The notes below the pieces were generated by a model. The model did not search any database. It was given only the letters and a program-made list of their open reading frames with translations, and was not told the DNA's origin. The position numbers were made by a program, and so were the translations under genes. This document shows, piece by piece, positions 16,243 to 23,692 of a DNA stretch of 64,000 nt. The stretch lies in NCBI GenBank assembly GCA_012839805.1, contig DUMU01000035.1, positions 105,296 to 169,295 of the forward strand, in the 5' to 3' direction. How positions within the stretch are numbered: the first letter of the stretch is position 1; the number at the start of each line of letters is the position of its first letter. The stretch is from Bacillota bacterium (GTDB taxonomy: Bacteria > Bacillota > Limnochordia > Limnochordales > DUMU01).

Positions 16243-18030
16243 ATGCGCCTGGGGATAGATCGTCTGGTGACGGAGTACGCCAAGGAGATTCGCGGTCGCC
16301 GGGTGGGATTGTTGACCCACGCCGCGGCGGCTACGGCTTTGGCCTGGCCGGGCGACCCGGTGGAGATGCTCCTGGGGGCGGGGGTGGACATCGACCTGCT
16401 ATTCACCCCCTTGCATGGGTACTGGTCCGACTTGTCCCGGGACGAAGTCCGCCCGTTGAGCGTAGTTCATAACGGCATCCCGGTCATCTCGCTCCACGGT
16501 GAGGGCAGGAGGCCAACCCGGGACATGCTGGCTGACCTTGACGTAATCGTTGTCAACCTCCAGCACGTGGGCTGTAATACAGTAACCTATGTCTACACCC
16601 TGGCGCAGTTCATGGAGGTAGCAGGGGAACTCGGCAAGGAGATGATCGTGCTCGACCGGCCGGATCCGGCCGGGGGCCTGCTGGTAGAGGGCCCGTTGCC
16701 GGTTCCGGATCCGTTTAAAGAACGGTCTCGTTACGTATTACCGTTCCGGCACGGCCTGACCGTCGGTGAGGTAGCCCTCTTTTTCAACGAGGAGTACCAT
16801 CTGGGAGTGCCCTTGACCGTTATTACTATGGAGGGGTGGCGCCGGGACATGCTCTGGCGGGACACCGGGCTTCCCTGGATCGCTCCCTCCCCGGCTTTGC
16901 CTACGGCAGAAGCCGCACTGGCCTACGGGGCTACCGTCCTGCTCGAAGGCTCCAGCATAAGCGTAGGTCGGGAGACCCACAAACCGTTCGAGCGGCTGGG
17001 GGCGTCCTGGATCACCGATCCTCGACCCCTGGCGGAGGAACTCAACCGGCGGGTCGGGCCGGCGGTTCGTTTCCGGCCCGCCTTCTATTCGTCAGCCGAC
17101 GGGAAGCAGCGCTTTGGCGGGGTCGAGCTCTTCGTCCTCCGGCCCCACGAGTTCGAGTGGCTCGAGACGGCATTGGTCATCATCAGCGTATTCAGGGAGT
17201 TTGCCGGGAGCCGTTTCTCGTTCCGGCATGACCTTCTGGGTGATCCCGAGGTCGCAAACTTGATCGAACAAGGGCGGCCGGTACCTGAAATCCAGGCGGT
17301 GGTGCGACAGAAGCTGGCCGGCTGGCTGGAACTGCGCCGCCGCTACCTGCTGTACCCGATGGAGGCGAGCCCGGAGCGGGAGCAATGGCAGAAGCAGACA
17401 CAGGGGACAGCCCCGAGAACCCAGGTCGGTTTCGAACGGCGCCCGTTCCTGAACCTCTGGCCGCTCGAGCTTCATCTTTCTCCGGGGGAGACCAGAGAGC
17501 TGCAGGTGGCGGTGATCGACGAGGAGGGAAGGCGCCGGTTGCCGTCCCTGGGGGAAGTGGGTTGGGAGGTCGACGGTCCTCCGGGGCTGGCCACGGTCGA
17601 GGTTCTGGGTGATCCACCCCGAGCCGTATTGAAAGCCGGGCCGGCCGGCGGAGAGGGGGCATTGGTGGCGACCTGGCGGGGCCTGTCAGTACGGCGGCTG
17701 CTCGACGTTAGTCCCCTGGTGGTCACCGACATACGCGTGGGCACCCACCCCGGCTACCTGCGTATCGTCCTCGATGTAAGCCGGAGTACCGACTACCGCT
17801 GGGAGGTGGAGGCCGGGATCCTCCGCATCAGCTGCCGGGGCCAGTTCGGAGGGCGGCTCGACCCCCGGGGCGGTGAGATCCCCCTCGCCGACCCGCTGAT
17901 CCAGCGGATCACCTATGGCTACGACGCCGAAGGTTCAGCCGTGGTGGAGGCTTACTTGACCTCGCCAGTACTCGCCGATACCCCCTATTTCGGCCACCGG
18001 ATCGTCTTCGACCTGACCCCGCTCCTCTGA
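16243..18030 (+). CDS. DUF1343 (NamZ-like exo-beta-N-acetylmuramidase family) with C-terminal extension ending in an AMIN-like domain
   Basis: The DUF1343-type N-terminus reads RLGIDRLVTEYAKEIRGRRVGLLTHAAA...LFTPLHGY. The C-terminal 200 aa include VTDIRVGTHPGYLRIVLDVSRSTDYRWEVEAGILRISC...HRIVFDL, which matches the AMIN pattern. The start is ATG 16243 or GTG 16225. Confidence 0.8.
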   Translation: MRLGIDRLVTEYAKEIRGRRVGLLTHAAAATALAWPGDPVEMLLGAGVDIDLLFTPLHGYWSDLSRDEVRPLSVVHNGIPVISLHGEGRRPTRDMLADLDVIVVNLQHVGCNTVTYVYTLAQFMEVAGELGKEMIVLDRPDPAGGLLVEGPLPVPDPFKERSRYVLPFRHGLTVGEVALFFNEEYHLGVPLTVITMEGWRRDMLWRDTGLPWIAPSPALPTAEAALAYGATVLLEGSSISVGRETHKPFERLGASWITDPRPLAEELNRRVGPAVRFRPAFYSSADGKQRFGGVELFVLRPHEFEWLETALVIISVFREFAGSRFSFRHDLLGDPEVANLIEQGRPVPEIQAVVRQKLAGWLELRRRYLLYPMEASPEREQWQKQTQGTAPRTQVGFERRPFLNLWPLELHLSPGETRELQVAVIDEEGRRRLPSLGEVGWEVDGPPGLATVEVLGDPPRAVLKAGPAGGEGALVATWRGLSVRRLLDVSPLVVTDIRVGTHPGYLRIVLDVSRSTDYRWEVEAGILRISCRGQFGGRLDPRGGEIPLADPLIQRITYGYDAEGSAVVEAYLTSPVLADTPYFGHRIVFDLTPLL

Positions 18031-18117
18031 TCGGGTTGGGAGCTCACAATGCACCATCCGGCCCCGGGATAAAGCCGGGGCGCCCGCCCGGGCTGACCGG
18101 CGATCCGGGTTCGGCGG

Positions 18118-18900
18118 CTAGGCCGGCGGCAGCGGGCAGATGGGGATCGGGGCTCGCTTGTGCTCGCTCGCCTGCATCAGCTGGCGAATGCGCCGGGCAA
18201 CCGGCGGGGCGACTTCGCCCCCCAGCAGGAAGCGATCCAGATCGGCGTAAGTGAGCCCCATCTCGCCTTCGTCGGTCTGTCCGGGCCACAGCCCGGCCGA
18301 GGGCGGTTTGTCAATAATCGGCTGGGGGACGCCGAGCCACCGGGCTACCGCCCGCACCTGGGCCTTGACCAGGTTGCCCAGGGGCAGGAGATCCACGCCG
18401 CCGTCCCCGTACTTGGTGAAGTAGCCGACCGAGAGTTCGCTCCGGTTTCCCGTGCCGGCCACCAGGTAGCGGCGCCGGTTGGCGAAGTAGTAATTGGTCA
18501 GCATCCGCAGGCGGGGCTTCAGGTTGGCCAGAGCGAGCCTTTGGGCTTCGACGCCGGGATCGAGGTACGCGCCCGCCTCCTGGCCGGCAGCGGCATTGCA
18601 CAGCTGCACCAGCTGGTCATAGACCGGTGTCAGATCGACGGTGATCGTGTGAAGGCCGAAGTGCTCCGCCACTGCCCGGGCATCCTCAATGTCCTGGGCC
18701 AACGAGTGGCAGGGTTCGATCAGCCCGAGGACTCGACCGGGGGCGGCTCGTTCACATAGTCCGGCCACGACGGCCGAGTCGATGCCCCCGCTGATGCCGA
18801 CGACGAAACCCTGGCTGCCGCTCTTTTCCAGTTGCTCCCTCAGCCAGGAGGTTATCCAGAGGCCGAGGCGTTCACCTTCCCTGTCGCTGATCTCAACCAT
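18118..18900 (-). CDS. nadE: NH3-dependent NAD+ synthetase
   Basis: ATG 18900 lies 7 nt after AAGGAGAG, inside ORF 18118..19050. It carries the PP-loop GFVVGISGGIDSAV. At about 260 aa it is the short NadE form with no glutaminase domain. Confidence 0.9.
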   Translation of the reverse strand: MVEISDREGERLGLWITSWLREQLEKSGSQGFVVGISGGIDSAVVAGLCERAAPGRVLGLIEPCHSLAQDIEDARAVAEHFGLHTITVDLTPVYDQLVQLCNAAAGQEAGAYLDPGVEAQRLALANLKPRLRMLTNYYFANRRRYLVAGTGNRSELSVGYFTKYGDGGVDLLPLGNLVKAQVRAVARWLGVPQPIIDKPPSAGLWPGQTDEGEMGLTYADLDRFLLGGEVAPPVARRIRQLMQASEHKRAPIPICPLPPA

Positions 18901-19112
18901 GCCGGTTCTCTCCTTGGAGTTGACAGGCTTTCTATTCGTTGGCTCTCGCCAGTTCTTCACAGGCGGTCTCGTCTTAGTCTTCCCTGAGCCCAGGATACCG
19001 GGCTCTGGCGGTGCCGGCAACGGCCGGTCGGTAGAGCCACTTGGGCCCACAGCCTAAACCGGCCGGCCGTCCTCATCCTGGAATCGAGTAGACTGCGGTC
19101 TACGGATCTCGA

Positions 19113-20444
19113 TCAGAAAACCCCTAGATACTGATCGAGCTCCCACCGGTGAACTTGCGTCCGGTAAAGGTCCCACTCGATGCGTTTCGCTTCCACGAAA
19201 TGCTCGTAGATGTGGTTCCCGAGCACGGACTTGATCAGTTCGTCCTCACTGAGAAGACGGACGGCCTCCTCCAGGCTTCCCGGCAGCTGGCCGATACCGG
19301 CTGCCTCCCGTTCCGCCGGGGTCATGTGGTAGATGTTACGGTCCATCGAAGGGGGCGGGGTGAGCTTGCGCTTGATCCCGTCCAGCCCGGCTTTGACTAT
19401 CACCGCAAAAGCCAGGTAGGGATTGCAGGAAGGGTCGGGTGAACGGAGTTCGATACGGGTTCCGCTCTCGCGAGCTGCCGGCACCCGAACGAGGGCGCTA
19501 CGGTTCTGGGCCGACCAGCTGATGTAGACCGGCGCTTCATAACCGGGAACCAGCCGCTTGTAGGAGTTCACCAGGGGGTTGGTGATGGCCGTGAACGAAC
19601 GCACGTGTTCGAGGATACCCGCGATGAAGTGCAGCGCCACTTCGCTCAGCTGGTAGGGACCATTGGGGTCGTAGAAGGCGTTCCTGCCATTCTGGTAGAG
19701 TGAGATGTGGGTGTGCATGCCCGAACCGTTGATGCCGAAGATCGGCTTGGGCATGAAAGTGGCGTGCAGTCCGAGCTGTTGAGCAATGGTCCGGGTCACG
19801 AACTTGAAGGTGGTAACCCGGTCGGCGGTGGTGAGGGCGTCGTCATAGCGAAAGTCGATCTCGTGCTGGCCGCTGGCCACCTCGTGGTGGGAGGCCTCGA
19901 CCTCGAAACCCATCTCCTCCAAAGCAATGACGATGTCGCGGCGGGCGGCCTCCCCGAGGTCCACGGGAGCTAGATCGAAATAACCGGCGTTGTCGTGCGT
20001 CCGCGTAGTCGGTTCACCCTCGGGGCCGGTCCGGAAGAGGAAGAACTCGCATTCCGGCCCGGTGTTGACCGTAAAGCCGAGTTCCGCCGCTTCGGCCAGC
20101 GCTTGGCGCAGCACGTAGCGGGGATCGCCCTCGAAGGGTTCGCCGTTCGGCCGGTAGACGTCACAGATGAGGCGGGCTTCGGCGGCCTCCTTCGGCTTCC
20201 AAGGGAATATGGCCCAGGTGTCGTAGACGGGGCGCAGATTCATGTCTGACTCCTCGATGCGGGTGAACCCCTCGATCGAGGACCCGTCGAACATGATCTC
20301 GTTGTCCAGGGCCTTTTCCAGCTGGCTGACGGGGATGGCCACGTTTTTGACGATTCCGAGGATATCGCTAAACTGGAGACGGATGAACCGGACATTCTTC
20401 TCCTTGGCCAGACGGAGAATGTCCTCTTTCGAATAACGCGACAC
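19113..20444 (-). CDS. glnA: glutamine synthetase, type I (copy 2)
   Basis: GTG start at 20444, 6 nt after AGGAGGGA. 443 aa and collinear with copy 1 ([48 protein letters not shown]). The two copies are clearly diverged at the DNA level. Confidence 0.97.
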   Translation of the reverse strand: MSRYSKEDILRLAKEKNVRFIRLQFSDILGIVKNVAIPVSQLEKALDNEIMFDGSSIEGFTRIEESDMNLRPVYDTWAIFPWKPKEAAEARLICDVYRPNGEPFEGDPRYVLRQALAEAAELGFTVNTGPECEFFLFRTGPEGEPTTRTHDNAGYFDLAPVDLGEAARRDIVIALEEMGFEVEASHHEVASGQHEIDFRYDDALTTADRVTTFKFVTRTIAQQLGLHATFMPKPIFGINGSGMHTHISLYQNGRNAFYDPNGPYQLSEVALHFIAGILEHVRSFTAITNPLVNSYKRLVPGYEAPVYISWSAQNRSALVRVPAARESGTRIELRSPDPSCNPYLAFAVIVKAGLDGIKRKLTPPPSMDRNIYHMTPAEREAAGIGQLPGSLEEAVRLLSEDELIKSVLGNHIYEHFVEAKRIEWDLYRTQVHRWELDQYLGVF

Positions 20445-20480
20445 GACCTGTCCCTCCTAAGGGGAGTTTGGGTTAGGCAC

Positions 20481-20509
20481 ATGATATCTGCCGGGGCAGG
20501 CGATGTCAA
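20481..20509 (-). promoter_or_regulatory. near-consensus sigma-A type promoter for glnA copy 2
   Basis: On the minus strand: TTGACA (20504-20509), a 17-nt spacer, then TATCAT (20481-20486). It lies 36 nt upstream of the GTG start. Confidence 0.6.
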
Positions 20510-20525
20510 GTAGGTAGGAGATTTT

Positions 20526-21413
20526 ATGACAAAGAAGATCACTGCCATGAGCGCGGGCCGCAGGGAAGCCACGACGGGGGAGGCCGTGACCGGGGATACC
20601 GGCCGAGGGGATGGTGCTCCCGAGAACCCCCGAGGCGGGACGGTCGAGGGCGAGAGCAGGGGCGAGAGTAAAGGTACGATCCTGGTGGTGGACGACGAGC
20701 CCAACGTGGTGGAGATCGTTCGCCTGTACCTGAGTCGCGAGGGTTTCACCGTCTTGACGGCCCTCGATGGTGAGGCCGCTCTGGCCCTGGCGCGGCGCAC
20801 GCCTCCTCCCGACCTGATCGTTCTCGACCTCATGCTCCCCAAAGTCGATGGGTGGGAGGTCTGCCGGCGGGTGAGAACGTTCTCCGCCGTGCCCATCATC
20901 ATGTTGACCGCCCGGGGGGAGGACATCGATCGCATCGTCGGCCTGGAGCTCGGAGCCGACGACTATCTGGCCAAGCCCTTCAACCCTCGGGAACTGGTGG
21001 CGAGGGTGAAGGCGGTGCTACGCCGTACCAAGGGAGCGCTGGTCGCGGAGACCGCGAGCCCCGGCGGTTCGGCCAAAGCGGCAGGCCACACGACCCTTCG
21101 ATACCCCGGGCTTACCATCGACCGGGAGGCCCGGGAGGTTTGGGTGCGAGACCGCCGGATAAGCCTGACCCCCAAAGAGTTCGAGCTTCTCTGGCAGCTC
21201 GCGAGCTCCCCCGGCAGGACGTTCACCCGGGAAGAGCTGCTCGAGTCGGTATGGGGTTACGAGTTCTTCGGCAGTGATCGGACGGTGGATGTTCACATAA
21301 AGCGCCTGCGGGAAAAATTGGAAAAAAGTGAGGACCTGCCGCCCTATCTGCAGACGGTCTGGGGCGTGGGGTACAAATTCGACCCTCTGGCGGGCGACCT
21401 TCGGCAGCCGTAA
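20526..21413 (+). CDS. OmpR/PhoB-family response regulator with a roughly 50-aa low-complexity N-terminal extension
   Basis: ATG 20526 lies 5 nt after TAGGAG. The receiver domain reads ILVVDDEPNVV...DLIVLDLMLPKVDG. The winged helix reads LTPKEFELLWQLASSPGRTFTREELL...TVDVHIKRLREKL. Confidence 0.9.
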   Translation: MTKKITAMSAGRREATTGEAVTGDTGRGDGAPENPRGGTVEGESRGESKGTILVVDDEPNVVEIVRLYLSREGFTVLTALDGEAALALARRTPPPDLIVLDLMLPKVDGWEVCRRVRTFSAVPIIMLTARGEDIDRIVGLELGADDYLAKPFNPRELVARVKAVLRRTKGALVAETASPGGSAKAAGHTTLRYPGLTIDREAREVWVRDRRISLTPKEFELLWQLASSPGRTFTREELLESVWGYEFFGSDRTVDVHIKRLREKLEKSEDLPPYLQTVWGVGYKFDPLAGDLRQP

Positions 21414-21597
21414 AGGTTGTGGCTCGGGGCGGTGAGGGTTTCGGGTGGGAGCGTGCGGGGTTATGGCTGGAAAGGTGAGGGACAAGGCAGGAGAGGCCGG
21501 GGTTGGGGGTAGGAGCGCCGAAGGATCTGGGTAGGAGGGTCGGGATACGAAACGAACGCTTTTCGTACGGCTTTTCGCCAGCTACCTTCTTATCATC

Positions 21598-23442
21598 GTG
21601 GTGACCGTGCTGGTCTCGGGCTCGTTGCTGTCGTATTTCGTAAGCAACTACTTGTACCGCGAACAGCGCGAACGCCTGATCGTTCAAGCACAAGAGATCT
21701 CATTCCTGGTCGGTGCGGCGCTCGCTTTGCCGGGAAGCCCGGCGGCCATGCTACGCCTGGCCGATACTTTCGAGCGGCTGCTCGGAGCGGCGGTCTGGAT
21801 CACCGACGCTAGCGGGGAAGTAGTGATCACCTCCCCGCGTTTCCGCCAGGATCGGGGGCGCCGCTTGCCGGCCGCCGAAATAGAACGGGTGCTGGCGGGG
21901 AAGACGGTAGTTCACCTGCAGTACGACCCCCAGGTGCGGGAGAACGTGTTGAGCGTGGCCATCCCCATCTGGGTGAACGGCCGTCCGGCCGGTGCGGTAG
22001 TGGTCCGCTCTCCGCTCACGGGGATGGCCGCCACCTGGCAGGGAATCCGCCGTGAGCTCGGGCGGGCCGCGCTGCTGGCGGTGGTGTTCGCGGCGCTGGT
22101 GGGGCTCACGCTATCGCGGCGCATTTCCGGGCCGGTGCGGGAGATGACCGCCGCCACCCGGAAGCTGGCCGCCGGGCAATACCGGGTGAACGTGCCGGTG
22201 CGGGGCGATGACGAACTGGCGGAACTCGCCGGGGCGATCAATGAATTATCTGAAAGGCTCGACAATACCATTGCCGCCCTCAACCGGGAAAAGAGCCAGA
22301 CGCAGGCCATATTGACCAGTATCGCGGAGGGGGTCATCGCCGCCGGCGCGCGGGGAGAGGTGCTTTTCGCCAACGGGCCGGCCCGTCGTCTCCTGGGGTG
22401 TGATGACGCCCCGGATCAGGACGGAGGGGCGCGCCTCGCAGAACTAACCGGGACGCCGGTCCGGGAAGCGGCCCGAGAGGCGCTGATGCGGGCATTGACC
22501 CAAAACCAGGCCGTGCAGATACAGGTGGAAGGGCTGGGCGGGAGGCAGCTGGCCATTGTCGCTTCCCCGGTCCGGGGAAGCGCGGGAGAGTCGCAAGGGG
22601 CGGTGGCACTGCTCCGGGACATCAGCGAGGAGATAAGGCAGGAACGGAATCGCCGGGAGTTCCTCGCCAGCGTCTCCCATGAACTGAAAACTCCCCTTAC
22701 TTCCATCCGCGGTTTTCTGCAGGCGCTGGTGGACAAGGTGGCCGGGGATGAGAAGGAGGTTCAGCGGTATCACCGGCTCATGCTGCAAGAGACGATCCGG
22801 CTGACCCGCCTGGTCAACAGCCTCCTCGACCTTTCCCGCATCGAAAGCGGGGTGCTGCAACTGCACCTCCAGCCGGTCGACCTGGGTGAACTGGCCGACG
22901 AGGCAGTAAACCAGATGCTTCCCGAAAGTGACGATAAGGGGGTAAGCCTGGAGAACAAGGTTGGCGTCGAGGAGGAATTGCCCCTCGTGTGGGCGGACCG
23001 TGATCGGGTAAAGCAAATCCTGATCAACCTTCTTGACAACGCCGTTCGGCACACGCCGGCCGGAGGCCAGGTGGAGGTGAGTGCACACCTGGTTTCGAGC
23101 AGGGGCGCAGGCCCGGGCGCGGGTGCTGACACGGAAGTGGAAGTGCACGTCCGGGACACGGGCGTGGGCATACCGGCGGAAGAGCTTCCCAATATCTGGG
23201 AGCGGTTTTATAAGGTTGACAAGAGCCGGCGCCGTTACGTGGAGGGAGACGCCGGCGGTATGAGCGACCGTAGCGGGCGTGAAGCCGCAGGCGAGGGCAG
23301 CGGCACGGGGTTGGGGCTCGCCATCGTCAAGGAGCTGGTTCTTCTCCACGGCGGCCGGTTGGGTGTGGACAGCGAGCCCGGGCGGGGTTCGGATTTCTGG
23401 TTCACGCTGCCGGTGCAGGGACCCCGCCGGCCACCAGAGTGA
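21598..23442 (+). CDS. sensor histidine kinase (TM, HAMP, PAS-like, HisKA, HATPase_c)
   Basis: The H-box is SHELKTPLTSIRGF. The N, G1 and G2 boxes are NLLDNAVRHTP, RDTGVGIP and GTGLGLAIV. The first canonical start is GTG 21598, but the frame stays open and is TM-helix-like from 21535. See the finding on the start codon. Confidence 0.9.
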   Translation: MVTVLVSGSLLSYFVSNYLYREQRERLIVQAQEISFLVGAALALPGSPAAMLRLADTFERLLGAAVWITDASGEVVITSPRFRQDRGRRLPAAEIERVLAGKTVVHLQYDPQVRENVLSVAIPIWVNGRPAGAVVVRSPLTGMAATWQGIRRELGRAALLAVVFAALVGLTLSRRISGPVREMTAATRKLAAGQYRVNVPVRGDDELAELAGAINELSERLDNTIAALNREKSQTQAILTSIAEGVIAAGARGEVLFANGPARRLLGCDDAPDQDGGARLAELTGTPVREAAREALMRALTQNQAVQIQVEGLGGRQLAIVASPVRGSAGESQGAVALLRDISEEIRQERNRREFLASVSHELKTPLTSIRGFLQALVDKVAGDEKEVQRYHRLMLQETIRLTRLVNSLLDLSRIESGVLQLHLQPVDLGELADEAVNQMLPESDDKGVSLENKVGVEEELPLVWADRDRVKQILINLLDNAVRHTPAGGQVEVSAHLVSSRGAGPGAGADTEVEVHVRDTGVGIPAEELPNIWERFYKVDKSRRRYVEGDAGGMSDRSGREAAGEGSGTGLGLAIVKELVLLHGGRLGVDSEPGRGSDFWFTLPVQGPRRPPE

Positions 23443-23692
23443 TGGGTTCGCGATCCGACACAATCCGAGAAGAGGCGGCAAGGAAGAAGCAGCCTGTTCC
23501 AGCAAGCAGGAGTGGCAATACCGGAAAGCAGTTCAATAGGCTGAAAGTTACACAAGGAAAGAGAAGGTAGCTGTCGAAGACGACCCCGGGCCGGCTGCAG
23601 GCCGGGGGGCGGGGGGCCGGAGGCCGGGCGGGCATGCGCCGGGAGCCGGCGGGACGGACGCCACTGGCCTGGAGAGAGGAGGGTCAGCGCGA

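Noticed and set aside
22444-23505. Long antisense ORFs opposite real genes. Examples are 22444..23505-, 25972..27045-, 36893..38095-, 39408..40829-, 52611..53516-, 59154..60317-, 7929..8825-, 10205..11020- and 43345..44010-
   Set aside because: Each lies opposite a gene with unambiguous family motifs. Their translations are Arg/Pro/Gly-rich with no motifs. This is typical of stop-codon-poor high-GC DNA.
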